A DNA stretch of 58,509 nucleotides, filler included, from Sluysia triapertura (GCA_046118255.1; 4 parts of 4 records of this genome joined end to end with filler, not necessarily neighbours in it); one strand, 5' to 3'. Counted from the whole stretch's first letter, positions 41,431 to 55,360 are shown. The notes: generated by a model from the letters alone, not told the origin. Translations and numbers: made by a program.

Positions 41431-42631
41431 TACCAAACAAGCATCAGATCGTCATTTTAACGTTGTTCAATAAAATTCTTTCCTAAAGAGTACAAAATAT
41501 AATAGATGCTACACAATTAACTTTTCATTAAATACATTTTCGATTTTAAAAACGAAGCCTATGAACAATGAAAACACGTTATTCAAAAATACAAAATAAC
41601 GATTTATTTAATAGCAAATCTGATCATTGCATTGTAATAAAATCATCAAAGAATTCACTTCGCAATATAATGATGATCTTTTTAATAAAATGATACTAGA
41701 ATATCACGTTTTACGATGACTATTATCATAATCTTAGACAAAACTGAAATTGATAATGAAAAGGTTTTGGAAAATCTTTGAAGTATGATGATTTGACATG
41801 AAGAATATATGAAAAATTTAGTACGCATTGTAGAAGAATTAGAAGATCATCGCATAAGTAATAAATTCAATGAAATCGATCAATTGAATTTGAGGAATGA
41901 TATTATTCATGATATTGAAGAACTAACATAAAGGAAGCTGAAAATAAAAGAGAATCAAGAATTTATTCGTGTTTTTATATTTCTTTTTATTTTATTTTAT
42001 TATTATTATTATTATTATTATTACATTTTTACTAATTAGTGTTATCATTATTATTATTATTTTAAAATTTTAATATTGTATGTCCACTGCGACACAAAAA
42101 ATTACATAAAAATAGTAACCTAGCCGTTTATCTTCTGTCATTAATTGACAGCTTTTCAACTATTAAAAATTGTTGTTTAAAAAATGAGGTAGCAACAACG
42201 CAATTGGCCAAATATTTTTACACAATTTTTCATGATATTGTCAGCTTGAATATAAAATCATGTTTTAAATAAAAATTTTTAAAAAAAAGTTCATCATATG
42301 CTTGAATTTCAAAGATGACACTACCAATTTTGTGTCAATGGATCCATATCGAAATCGATGGTTCAAACACAGTTTTGCTCCGCAGTATTTTTCTAAATAA
42401 ATAAATTCCGGATGATGATAAATGGATCGAAATAAATTCAAAGTTTTCGACACATCTTTTACGTAGTAACCATCATCTTGACCACCAAGACATTATAACA
42501 CAACCAATAATGCTATCTATTTCATATTCTTGTACTTTCAAACTTATGGAATATCACCATTTAGAAACAAAAAATGTTCAATTTAGTACTACTCCTATTT
42601 CAAGATTAGCTACATTAATTATTTTTATTTT

Positions 42632-43030
42632 AGTCATGAAACTAATGTTTACGGAGTATTCAGGTTTTATTTTATAAAATTAACGATGAAAATTAGAAAT
42701 AAAGTCAAAACTATCGAAGTGCATGAGTTGAGATTATGAAAGAAATGTTCAACTTCATCTACTAAAACGATATGGATTGAAACTACATCTAATCCAATGA
42801 CGAAAATTGTTGATATTGAAACAATTACTAAATCTAACATGAAGTATATTAAGAATTTTATTGTTGTAATCGATAATACAATTTTATCACCATTTCTCAA
42901 AAATCTTTAAATCATGACGTTAAGATACCAAAAAAACTCGTCAATATGTCTTGACTATACTTGCAAAAGTCACCTATAAAGATCAAGATCATATAAACGA
43001 TGTCAGTGGTGATCTAAATATTATGTGAAT
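42632..43030 (+). pseudogene. CTH: Cystathionine gamma-lyase (Cys/Met metabolism PLP enzyme) fragment
   Basis: NVYGVFRFY, TKTIWIETTSNPMTKIVDIETI and VVIDNTILSPF match DVYGGT.RY, TKLVWIETPTNP.LK..DI and VVDNTF.SP. In-frame stops; the PLP-lysine region is degenerate. Confidence 0.8.
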
Positions 43031-43152
43031 GTTACATTATTCACAGCTATGGAGTATGTGGTTCGTGTGGTTTGGAGTTTATGATGGAAATAGTTATTTA
43101 GAAATTTAATTGAAAACCTTTTGCCGTATGGTTGACGAACGTATTGAGGGCA

Positions 43153-43252
43153 NNNNNNNNNNNNNNNNNNNNNNNNNNNNNNNNNNNNNNNNNNNNTTAA
43201 TTAATTAANNNNNNNNNNNNNNNNNNNNNNNNNNNNNNNNNNNNNNNNNNNN
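43153..43252. other. Artificial 100-bp contig spacer
   Basis: 44N-TTAATTAATTAA-44N. Confidence 0.95.
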
Positions 43253-45109
43253 TAATATTAATNNNNNNNNNNNNNNNNNNNNNNNNNNNNNNNNNNNNNN
43301 NNNNNNNNNNNNNNNNNNNNNNNNNNNNNNNNNNNNNNNNNNNNNNNNNNNNNNNNNNNNNNNNNNNNNNNNNNNNNNNNNNNNNNNNNNNNNNNNNNNT
43401 TAAATGTTTTAAATTCAAAATATGCATTAAAAACAAAGTTGCGCATTAACAGCTAAAATTTTGATATCAAAAATTATACAATGCAGCTTATAAATTGTGT
43501 TTTTGAATTGTAAATCTTACAAATAGAACTACTTCAATATAATTTAAAACGTTATCATGCAAACTTAAATTCAAAATCCTTATAATTTTTTCAAATGATG
43601 GCCACTTTCTTTCTCCAAAAATTCTTTCAATTTTGTTTTATTTTTTTTTCACTTGTAATTATAACCTTTGTCTGAAAAGATTAAATGATTTAAAAATTCA
43701 GAAATTATATAAAAACTGAAATTTTAAAAGATAGAATAAAAATTATCAAAGCTCTATTGTCTTAAAAGTAAAGCTAAATTAAATGATTATGAAATTATGA
43801 AAAGAATATGAATAAGTTAAGAACTAACAAAGTTACTTATGTGCATGTTATTACAATATCGTATTAAGTCAGGCAAAAACTAAATACTGTATCAAAAAAG
43901 TCACAAAAGCAAAATACCGTCAAAACCATATTCCCAACCTATTGCTGATGTGTAATCAAGAATACAATTAAACCAAATCAGTCATCAGAATGATAAAAAT
44001 CTTAAATCCAGGTGATTATTTTTGTCATTCAAGTACTCAAATAGTTAAAAATTGCTCCGAAAAAGAAAATAGTCATCGGTTAAGAAAATGACATTATTTA
44101 TGCCAAATGATGTCCATGAAACATAATTGAAAATAGGAATTAAGTTGAAGTACAATGTACTTATTAGTCTTAAAGATCCAATTCCATTAGGATTTCATGA
44201 AATGGAGATTCTGAGTTGGGAGATATAGAAACTAATCGAAGAGACAAGGGATTTTAGAATGATTACTTGAACGTGATAGAAACTTTCAGATGTTGTGGTA
44301 TATAGATGCATTTATCCAGGAGATTGTGGTTATATTTAGAAAATTTATAACCATATTATTATATTATTATGGTTATCCTATATTATTATTGGATAATATA
44401 TCCTATATTATTATTGGATATTCAAAATTTTTTAAATGTAAGATTATTACTAATTTTGATTCTGTTTTAATGATATTTTGTTTTGTCTATTTATGTGATT
44501 ATGTGAAAACGGTGTGGTGTTCAACACTTATCACACTTCTCTCTTTATCATCGCATACATACGCGTACATACTCAAACATAAACTCAAATTCAGCTTATT
44601 ACACGAACATGAAATCATGACTGTTAAAACTGAAATTCATATGCTATGGGACTTAAAATTATAAACTGCAGCTGAAATTCTAACTCTATGTAAAATCAAT
44701 GGTACATACTAGGAAGTTAGGTACACGTCGGTACTGAAACTGCGCCTACTTTTATTTCCAAATCCAGCAGATACATCGCTACTCCAGTATTACATGCAGT
44801 TGTGAATATTGACTTATGTTTTTTGTCAGGGTTGCGATTTTGGTGTGGTNNNNNNNNNNNNNNNNNNNNNNNNNNNNNNNNNNNNNNNNNNNNNNNNNNN
44901 NNNNNNNNNNNNNNNNNNNNNNNNNNNNNNNNNNNNNNNNNNNNNNNNNNNNNNNNNNNNNNNNNNNNNNNNNNNNNNNNNNNNNNNNNNNNNNNNNNNN
45001 NNNNNNTTTTTATTGTTTTATTTTTTTATTACTATTATTATTTTTTACTGTTATAATCTCAACGTTTAATAATATCAAAATTTTTTATTTAAATAATACA
45101 AATTATTCA

Positions 45110-46230
45110 AATGATGAATTTCCTTTTGAAACGGCGACAAGACAGGGTTTGAACTGTTTAGCTCATTCTCCCACAGATAAAGTAGTTGCTGTGGATAAAA
45201 ATGATGATATAAAATTTTCAAAATAAATTCGAAAACGTTTATTAGATTAGATTCTATTTTCATAAATTATTATTTTTCGAAATTTGAAATGAAAAATCAG
45301 CTTTACGTAAGTTATATTTATACATTAGAGTCATCTTTAACAATCTCGAGAAGTGCCATTTTACTATCAGCCTAATAGCTATGACTTTAGTGACGAAGTA
45401 TACACGAATAAAGATGACAGTGCAAGGAAGTCTGTTTCACGTCTGAAAAACAGCGAAATTCAAAAAGTAAATATTCTCGAGCACTACATTTTTATAGACA
45501 TTGGCCAACGCCAAGATACATACAGACGAAGAAGGTGATGCTTATTTTAACGCTAAACCTCTTAGTGAAATTAAATCTAAGAATGGAGAATCGAGATTGG
45601 GTCAGTGGCTAGAAGATGCTGAAAATTCTGTAATATATAATGAGTGCATGAAAAGTGAGATATTGGAATTAATCGAAGAAGGAGATACGACAGTGATCGA
45701 GAAGCCAGTTAATGCTTGTCCTATTGAAACTACGAAAGTTTCTGAATTTATTGGATAAGTAAAGTTGCAAATACGCTTACGCAGTTCGAAATCCATGGAT
45801 TCCAAACGAATCATTTCAAAATTTTGAAATTCAAATGTTCGAAGATTTGCATTATATAATTATGAATGTTGGGTATTTCATTGACAGAAATAGCAGTATT
45901 AACGAAGCAGATGCACTATGGAATTCTGAAGATTACCAGTTTTCAAAGGTAATATTGTGTATTTATTTTGTATTAAATTTGTTAAAGTACTATCAAACAA
46001 AAGGTTTGGCAAAGGTGACGCGAAATTCAACAATAGTTATTTTAATGAATACTTTTATATATCTCAATTTTGGTGTTGTCAATTTTATTGAATATAATTT
46101 TAACATAGATTTCAACTTTGTTCAATATTTTGTTAAATGTGTAAACGATATAAGAATTTTCATATAACTGGGCCAAAAACTGTATCGGTGTATCGAATTT
46201 GAAGATATTGTCAGAACAGCAAGAAGTATA
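45110..46230 (+). pseudogene. Multi-exon gene remnant of unknown family
   Basis: ORFs 45353 and 45501 join in frame via a 31-nt GT-AG intron (45467-45497), with a further donor at 45949. Composition looks coding but stops and frameshifts intervene. Confidence 0.45.
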
Positions 46231-46369
46231 ATTATTTGTAGATACAGAAGAAAAAGAACTTGAATTATCAATTTTATTTGATTTTTCGACTTTTTGTGGC
46301 AGAAATTACTGATCTTTTGAAATGATTACAGCGAATAAAGATATCAAGTCTTGCGCTGCTATTTCTTTC

Positions 46370-46550
46370 TGCCATACGTAGCATTTCCTAATTTATCTAG
46401 AATTTCATCAATCCTTGGTAGTGGAAATACGTGTTTTCTTGTTATTTTATTCCATTCTCCAAAGTCATTGCAAAATCTCTTGGTTTATCCTTTTTACTGG
46501 ATGGAAGAAAATGGTGAAAAACTTGGTCGAATAACTCCAGCTTTCTTCAT
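46370..46550 (-). mobile_element. Ty3/Gypsy reverse transcriptase N-terminal fragment
   Basis: MKKAGVIRPSFSPFSS...KRFCNDF..WNKIT..HVFPLPRIDEILDKLGNA. Confidence 0.85.
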
Positions 46551-46569
46551 TGTGTTAGACTTCATAAAA

Positions 46570-46590
46570 TGGACTGACTGAGGATCGAAC
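46570..46590 (-). tRNA. 3' fragment of a tRNA-like gene (T-loop, T-stem 3' strand, acceptor 3' strand) followed by TTTT
   Basis: Minus strand reads GTTCGATC-CTCAG-TCAGTCC-A-TTTT. It shares CAGTCAGTCCATTT.. and TGAAGT with 12963-12984. Confidence 0.55.
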
Positions 46591-48170
46591 GATTATTAAA
46601 AAACATGTATTAATATAATAGTGTTAGTCTCTTCTTTCTCTTTTTAAGAGAAGGAAGGTAATCTTCTGCCTTCTATTCAGGGACCTTGTAGGACATGGTC
46701 GCGGTAAGCGTTATTCGAGGATTCCACAACTAGTCGTATACACTGGCGTACCAGGGTCTTGATTTCGGTATTGTGGAAGCCAAGTGCCTTGAGAAGCTTG
46801 TCATTTTTGGGATTCCATGAACCCAAGGCTTGAGCGACGAATGTGTCCAGAGACAATTTGCACTTCAGTTGTTACTGCAGTTTGCCCTGGAGATCAGCAT
46901 ACTTCGCAATATTGGTGGTTCGGGCTGTTTCGAGGTTTTTCTTCAGGTCGGATGGGAGTTTTGACATCAATCAAGAACAGTTGCGATGAGGAAGTACCGC
47001 GGGCTTGTGTGTCAGGTCATCGAGTGTCATCGATAAATGGTGTAGGCGAATCCTTGATGACTGAGGTATGGAGGAAATCTCAGGTCATCACCCGTGAACT
47101 GGCGGAACAGATAGTCTCTTGCCAGACAGAATAGTGTTATGGACAATGGACATCCTTCACTCCATACATGATCGGTATGGGTTTGGTTATAAAACCATTG
47201 CATTTGTAGGTGGTACTGCTGTCTTGGTATAGGTCTTCAGGATGTTCAGGGTTTGCTGTTGGAGTCCCAAACTTGAGAGTGTATGCCATATCAGATTGTG
47301 CGGCACCGAACCAAATGCATTCGCCAAGTCGAGGAAGACAATGTGTAATTCGATTTTGTGTGATTTCCTGTGATTTATCGACTCTACCATTTCTCTAAGT
47401 GAGTGGAGTAGAAAGTTGTGCTCGGTGCATCCATCTGATTGGAGAAAAGCAGCTTGGTGTCTACTGATGAGGTTGCCACTTTTGACCCATGCCAGTAAGC
47501 TGTCATTCAAGATCTTGGCAAAGACTCTATAGCTGCAGTCCACTGTAGATATAGGTCTCCATGAAGCGACGTCTTGTAGTTCGTCCAAGCAATCAGGACT
47601 TTTTGGTTGACCAGTGTTCTGTTAAAAAGTAGGGCTAACAGATGACCAGTGGGATCGGCATCCTTTAAATTCTCGAATGTTATTTAGTTGTGACCTGGTG
47701 ATGAGCACTTGCAGTATTTGAGAGTGGATCTCAATCTCCAGGATGGGATCAGTAGTCATATAGTCCATGAATGTTAGAAGGTGAGTGACTTTAAATGTGT
47801 CGTATTGGCAGATTTCCTCTGGTTTGGGAAAGTTGGCTATTCCAGTAATTATATGGAATGCTTTGACTTGGTTTTCAGCGAAGATCTTGTCGAAGCTGGG
47901 TTGTAATGGTTCGCGCAGCAAGCTTCTTTTGTGTTGTGCCATAATGTTTGGGTGGCTTAATCTGTTGGATAACATCACATATGGATTGGAATATTTCATC
48001 TATCGAGGTGTCACTAGTGTTTTGGAGTTTGTAGTACAGGGATTGAATTGAGGAAGGTGGCATGGATCGAACTTTCTTAGTTCTTTTATTACTTTGCACA
48101 TAAGAAAAGCCTTTTGTATTGATATTTGAGTAATCCTTCTGAGAAGTATGATTCGTTTCTGTAGGTGCTT
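46591..48170 (-). mobile_element. NeSL/Utopia-like non-LTR retrotransposon (RT plus restriction-like endonuclease), decayed and internally deleted
   Basis: SSPG..ITF...DPTGHLLALLFN, WRPIS, QAAF...GCTEHNFLL, FLDLANAFGSVPH, GVK/GCPLS, then a jump to PD...LIDVKTP and ALGSWNPKNDKLLKALG...AYRDH. Stop at 46673-46675. Visibly more GC-rich than the flanks. Confidence 0.9.
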
Positions 48171-48990
48171 CTTAGAATATTACGATCAACTGGTATTAAC
48201 AGCAATATTTTTCTAATAAATTCTAAGTAATTTCAGGTTTTTGCTTTTATTAATTTTACAGATGTTTTGTTTTACCTAGTTGCATCAAAAATTGATGTAT
48301 GTTTTTCTTATGCTATTTGAAACCGTGTTTCGTAATAATTTTTCATCTGATAATCTTATTTATCCTTACTTCAAATTACCATTTGTTAACTTGGAATCTT
48401 ATTATTATAATTAGTGCACTTTTTTGACGTTTATTTCAAAATAAGAATATTTACAATTTGTTATAAAATAATTTTAATTCGTTATAAAAAATTTACATTT
48501 TTAAACCCATATATCGGCAGCATTTTTCTAATGATTTTTATTGTTTTGTACTTTTTACATTATATTACATATTTAGTAAAATAAATAATGAATGTATTTA
48601 TAAATTCCGAAAACAAATAAAGCATCATTGGACATGGAAAGTGAGCTCTCTGATATTAGTTTTTGTTGGTTAAAATAGCTTTTATTGAATTACTTAAATT
48701 TTAAATAATTTAATATAGGCAAATTTTGTATTTGAACGTATCAAAGTTTTAAGAAATAAAAACCTACCAGTAATTTTTATTGAAGAAGATCATTATTTAG
48801 CAGAGGATCTAATTCATGTTTTTAAATTGATGTGGAATACTAAAATGAGGTTAGTAATAAAATTATATTAGAATTATTTGTTAACACGTTGAATGAATCG
48901 TGATAATATGATCATTTTATTTTATTTTTTATAATATCGGTTTGGACATTATAATTTATTTATATTTATTGAATATACATTCATTTAATG

Positions 48991-49160
48991 TTATGATGGA
49001 CAACCTGTGGCTTGCGAACCGCAAATGGCTAATCATAATATTGAAAACAAAAATCGCATTAATACTTTTATTTATTTATTACTTAAATACTTCGTAACCT
49101 GTACTAATATTGAATAAAAAATAATTTGTCTCAAAAAATTTAATAGGTTGGCCATTCCTG
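48991..49160. mobile_element. hAT (Charlie-like) MITE with perfect 8-bp TSD
   Basis: ATTTAATG on both sides (48983-48990 and 49161-49168). Ends ..ATGG(A/C)CAACCT and AGGTTGGCCATTCCTG. Confidence 0.88.
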
Positions 49161-49399
49161 ATTTAATGTTTATATATTAGTTTGTATTAGCATTAGTTTT
49201 TTCATTTTCCTTTTAACAAAATCATGTTTTTTCGTTTTTCCCATGATTCTGTTTAATGTGTAACTAATTAAGTATGCAAATTACACTCCGTTTTGTTTTT
49301 GCTTTCTTTTATTTGATTCTTAAATTAAGTTCATTTTTGAGTTATTTCTTTTTAAATTTGGAACGTTTAAGTTGTTTTTTGAGATTACTAAGATATTAA

Positions 49400-50400
49400 A
49401 TTAGGAAATTATTATTGTCGTAAAGAAATTGAAATTTACTCACCATATTTGTTTCTAATATTGTTGACTTTGCCGGTTACATGAAGTTTCCGTAGTATTG
49501 TAAAGAAATTCAGTTTTAGTTGGTGGTGGTAATACCATTTATCATTTAAAATCTTAATAATAAATATTGTAACTTTTGTAATAATTTATTTGTTTATTTC
49601 TTATAATTTTTTGTAAAAATTTGATATTCAGTTATCGTTACTCACTTTATTTTAATTCAAAAGACTGGTTTATATCGATATTTTAAATTTTGACGAATTT
49701 TCGGTAATTAATAACATTTTACTAACTAATTTAATTCCACAATAATTTATGTGTATGGTCTTTTTCTATAAATTATAGTTAATTACAGCGTATATCGTTT
49801 CGGTAATGTATTTTCACTATATTATATACTTATTTATGTTCACCTTACTAGTTAGTATTTTCTTGTCACTGTTAGTATTCATTTTTAGCGGGTTTTCGAT
49901 GTGTATTTGACATTTGCTTTTGATCCGTTGTTTTTTGGATGTTATTCAAATTTGATGGATTCTTGTTTTCTTCCTTCATTTTATTTATTAATTTCAGACT
50001 CATTTTCAGATTTCTTATTTATGTGGTATTAATGGTGTTAATGTTTATATCGAAGTAATTGAAATGTATAAGCTATGTGGTCTTGGGTATTTAGGCAAAA
50101 TGGTTGAGTTTTGATGGATAGAAGGTGTAAATATCAGAAATATTTAACTTGACAAAATATAGTGTTGCGTTGTTCATAAGGATTTGTATTGAAGAAGGCA
50201 AAAAAGCTAAATGATGAAAACATAGTCGTTTCGTGCAGTGATTAAGATCTCAATGCATTATGAAAATATTGTAATAAGTAGAGTATTTTAATTTCACTGT
50301 GATTTCTACTTGAATCGGCAAATATAGTTAAGTTATATGGGTTCGCCTGAAATCAGCGGTTTATATACAAAGAAGACGATGTTCTAGGTTTTATTCGTCA
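49400..50400 (-). mobile_element. Degraded Gypsy pol (RNase H and integrase zinc-binding region)
   Basis: TIFADSS, YEQ..TIFCQVKYF.YL, QDH and later VLPP..KTEFL. Confidence 0.4.
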
Positions 50401-52289
50401 GATTCTACGGTAAAGATTTTCTTAATGCAAACTTTCTATTTCAATTAATCTTTTATAATCGTTAATTATGCTTAATATATTATTATTTTTATTGATGGTC
50501 TTTCCTTTAATTATTTTTTAAAATATACTCACTGTAATCTCTCTTAATCACTTATTGAATTCTTAAAAATTAATTTCTAACAAAACAATTAAAGAAATTC
50601 TTTGCTTCAAATAATGTATTTATAACGATGAGTTCTTTACGTTAGTTTTATTAAAGTAAACAACTAAATAACCAAAAGATTTATTACAAAAACTAAAACA
50701 TCGTAGTAATTTAACAAAACAATATTAAAATTTATAATAACAATAATTAATATTTAAGATTGCTCTTAATTGACAAAAATTCACAATTTTAATTATAAGG
50801 TTAATCCACCATTGTTTCGTGGATTGAAAATTTTTAATAATTTAAGTAAAAAGTTGATCCTGCAATAATTGTAGGATTATAAAACTTAATGAAAACTTAA
50901 ATCTTAAGATTTCATGGATAAAGTAACAATGATTAATAGATTATGTCCTTTGATAAATGACCACGTCGAGTTAGGAGATGCGACCAAAGTAATATTGTTA
51001 ACTATAACCAGATCTTGATAGAATTAAACCAAAATTTGACGATATTTTTCCTAGTGAAATTGACTTAACTCTTGATATTTTAATTTCAGTACAATTTAAG
51101 TTGTAGAAATATTTTATTTATGGTTGAGATTTACTTGTGTGATACCTTTTTATATCATCTATGAAGTTACAAAAATTTGATGCATTAATAATGTTATAAT
51201 TATGAAATAAAATTCTTTAAAATCAATAAAAAATATATTAAATACCAATATAAAAATTTTTTAATGCTAATAAAACATAATTAAATATCAATAATGCTGT
51301 GATAATTATTTTTCAATGTAATAATTTTGAACATAAACTTTCTTTTTCTTTAAAAAGTAAAGTTTTATTATGATTTAAATGAATTTATCATTTTTAAATA
51401 TTTACAAGTATTCAAAAATAACGAATATTGAACTTTACAAATAACTTACAAAAGATATTAAACTTTACCATTTACAAAAAGATATTAAAATGATATACCA
51501 GAATAATAAATGTTTTGAAAATGTTTAAAATGTTAAACTTTACAATTTTATGTACTATTAAAGTCAAGAAACCGTTATAATACATTGATATTCATAAAGA
51601 GAGTGATGTTATGTAGTTTATATACTAAACTAAAAGTTATATGATGATATTCATTAGGATATTAATAGATGTTGGATACAGTCATATTTAAGATGCAACA
51701 ATATTAAGGTTATTGACTTTTAATTACTATTAAATTCTTTTATCACTTCGATGGAATTGATAACATGTTTCATTTTCAAATTTTATGTACGGTATATTTA
51801 AAGCGCAAGTAACAAGATAAGCAATTTTAAATTCGAAATTTTGTCAATTTTCTTATATTATATAAATAAAATTTCGTTAGGAATTACATTGGGATTAATA
51901 AATAAATAAATTTTACATCTGAAACTTTATCAAAAGATTTAAAGTCTATATTTAAAAAATTTAAATTTTTACATGCATTAGTAATTTGGGGATTAATTAC
52001 CCTAATAAAATACTTTTGAGACATAAAACATAAATATTCACCGTTACAGATAAAACTTTCACTGGTTTAGGTTTAGAATTTGTGAGATCATTAGACACTC
52101 CATTTGTACCAGATATGATTTTCCAGCTGCGATGATCAAGTTGACAATTTTTATTTTGTTGTAAAGATGTTAGATTTAATTTTCTTCTGCCTATTCTGCC
52201 TAATTTTCACTGCTATCTATTTCTTATTGATATGGTCGCATCGGATTTATGGCAAGATATTTGGCCTCGCAAAACTAACACACAAAGAT

Positions 52290-52730
52290 CTTCACAATGA
52301 ATGAAGATCATTTTCGCATAGAGCTAAACATTTTACAAGACCTCTGCGTACATTATAATTTTCAATTGCAGTTTCGGTAGATTTATCAATTAATTTTACT
52401 AAAAAACCTGCTGCGCCAGGCGCAAGTTTTGTATTGCTAAACTTCGGCATACATTTTACAAAAAATATTTCCGCGATGCATAGTCTTGACATATTTCGTA
52501 CTGTGCAAGTAAATGGATCCCATATTAAAACATGAGCATCATCTGATCTACTACCCGCAAATAGGTCTGTTTCATCCCATTCAATGCAATTTACACAACC
52601 TTTGTACACTTCAATTCTTTATCTAATTTTAAACGTTTGATTAACTCTCTTGTTACACGTTCAGAATGCATAAATTTTTTAGGTGATATCTCAGTTCATC
52701 AAGATTTCGTGATATGTTTCTTTTCATCAT
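52290..52730 (-). pseudogene. WDTC1: WDTC1/adipose (DCAF-type WD40) N-terminal region, frameshifted
   Basis: ELIKRLKLDKEL, GCVNCIEWD, SDD.HVLIWDP, IFFVKCMP, GAA and VKCLA match WDTC1 RRLGLEAEL.GH.GCVNCLEW, SGSDD..VWDP and NIFSVKFLP. Frameshift near 52610 and a premature TGA. Confidence 0.8.
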
Positions 52731-54399
52731 TTTAATGATTTTAAATTTTTATATTTAATTGATTTTTTTAAGGCCCATAACCATGTATGGTGATCAACCA
52801 TTAATATTATTGAATTTGATAAAAATAACTCTTAACATTCTAATATTCACACATAATCTCATTCACAGTCTTATAACTTACACTTCACAGTTACATCCAA
52901 TAATACCAATTTACATCAACAAATCCATCAAAAACATATAACTCGACATTCACAACAATTAGACAATAACCACATTTAAAATTACCCACTATACACCTTC
53001 GAATCAATTAAGACACCTTAAATTCAGCATCTGTTATTACATAATAACCAACAATACAAAATACAATATCATTTAAAAACAACAAATAAACAAATTACAT
53101 AAAACATTGCACATTAACCTTTCACATGTATCAAGAGTTGTATTATAATTTACCTTTTCACATTTACCAAACTAGACTCTTAATAGGTCTTTTATTCACG
53201 ATCTCCCAATATTCAAATATTACCCTCAACCAAAAACATAAAAGTTCATTCTAGTGTTCTGCATTTCACTATCATATCTAGAGACGTTAACTACATATAT
53301 AAAATTCATTTAAACTAATCTTTACTCAAAGATTTTTAGTTCCAAAATGTGTCAAGAATTAAAGAAAGAGATAGAAAGATCGTGTACAGTTACTACGAGA
53401 AGTTTATGCCNNNNNNNNNNNNNNNNNNNNNNNNNNNNNNNNNNNNNNNNNNNNNNNNNNNNNNNNNNNNNNNNNNNNNNNNNNNNNNNNNNNNNNNNNN
53501 NNNNNNNNNNNNNNNNNNNNNNNNNNNNNNNNNNNNNNNNNNNNNAATCAGTAATTACCACAATCAATGTTGACATTACTGATCACTGTGTTTAAATCCA
53601 CTTCATCATTAATAGTGGTTCATCTCTCAATCATTTGATTTCTGTTTAATTATTTTCTCTGTTTTATTGGCCATCCAACTAGAACAAGCATTACTGTCGT
53701 CATCATTTAAATGCATCACTGCAGCTAAGAAATCTATATAAAAACCAGGAGGTTTTAACGGAATTTTCACAAGTCATCAGCTAAGAAAACATTCAATAAT
53801 CTAGCAGTTTTCATAAGTAAAATAAGATTTTTTATATTAAGTTTGACTTTTCACCGTAACTGGGAGAAGTAAAATCCACGTAAACTCGATTAATCATAAC
53901 TATTTGTCTCATAAATGCATTAAAGTATTGCCTTTTAGATTTCGATAATTCTTAGTAAACTTTGTTCGCATTTTCCTTTTCATTTATTTTATTTAATTAT
54001 TTATCACAACTGTTTATAACAGATATGCTTATAGGGTTTTATTGTTAATATGGTTATTTAAAACATAAATAATAATTGTATTTAAAGTTTACATGATTAG
54101 AACTTAAACTGAAATTGTTATGAAAAATGAATTTAGTTATTAGGAGATAGTTATATAAGTTTATGTCAAATTCATATGCTGTTTTAACTTTATAAAATTT
54201 TCTTTTATCAAACTTGAAAGTAAAATAATAAAAATAAAGTCTACTTGATTTATTACACATTAAATTCATAAAATTTTGTTTTATTAAACGTCTAGAATAT
54301 AAAATTGAATGTTGTTTTACCTTCAAACATATTGAGGTACGCACGTTTATATTAGACACAACCATTTTGTAACATTGACTAGGTGGAATTATAATAAGC

Positions 54400-55360
54400 A
54401 TTAGTTTACGAATTGTCTTGAAAACATTTATTATATCGAGGGATATAGAAGAAAAATCAACATATCTCACTTCTTCCAGTTTATTGATAATAGTTACAAT
54501 CCTTTTCCCTTGTAGTCTCTTCATCAATCGTATTTGTTCGCGTCTTTTCGATATTACTGATATCATTAACTGTATCTGCTTCAATTTCAATTTATCATTA
54601 CCAATTAATTCTTCCTTAGTCATGTCGATTAAGTTATAGTTTCATGATCGTTAATGGATACTTTAATTAGTAATTGTTTTAAAATTCTTTTAATTTGATC
54701 TTGTGAGCTTTCGTTAGTTTCTTCAAATTTCGTAATTTTATTCCGTAATTCATGTTGATTATAGAATCCCATTAACTCTAATTTAGGTTCTAAAAGACCA
54801 TTTAGTAAACAAAATAAATGAAATGATTGACAACTAAATAAAACATTAATTGTTGTGTCGGTTGTATATGATTCCAAATAATCTAGATTATCATAAACAT
54901 AACTAACAAGGTAATCAACATAATAAGTAAGACTTAGAGTATTATAACATTTGAACGATAACTGTAACATTTGTTGTATATGTATATTTGGATTACAAGG
55001 TGGTTTATAGATTAAAACAGGATGGTCTAATAGAATTACTAGACCCATTTGTTCAAAAGCATAATTAAAAACATATTCTTGTTCTTCATGAATAACTAAC
55101 ACATTTCTATCAAATACATGTAAGAATTGGTTTCTGAGATCTTTAATGTAATCTGGAACTATAATGCCATCTTTTTCAGTCTTTGACTCTCCAATAACTT
55201 TTTTTAATTGTATTAAAAAAGGGTTCTTATCAAAAGAAAATCCAGCTCTAGAGTGATAATAAACGTTATCGATAATAAGTGGATTATCATTACAATATGT
55301 ATTATAAATATATTTCGATCTAGGTACTTTTATTTGATAAATATGATTAAGGTTTATCAT
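54400..55360 (-). pseudogene. ACTR5: Actin-related protein 5 (INO80 subunit), degraded and internally deleted
   Basis: PLIIDN....RAGF, FDRNV....QEYVFNYAFEQMG, DHPVL...CNP...MLQL.F.CY and YYVDYL.S match Arp5. The DNG glycine is lost, there is a stop/frameshift near 54625 and the C-terminal half is missing. Confidence 0.8.

Noticed and set aside
46570-46590. TGGACTGACTGAGG... on the + strand as a Gypsy primer-binding site
   Set aside because: Reading the terminal CCA as the mature tRNA tail leaves too short an acceptor strand. The spacing fits a genomic tRNA end (7 nt plus discriminator) followed by TTTT, and no LTR precedes it.
46817-48051. Plus-strand ORFs 46817, 47210 and 47785
   Set aside because: Antisense shadows of the GC-richer retrotransposon on the minus strand.
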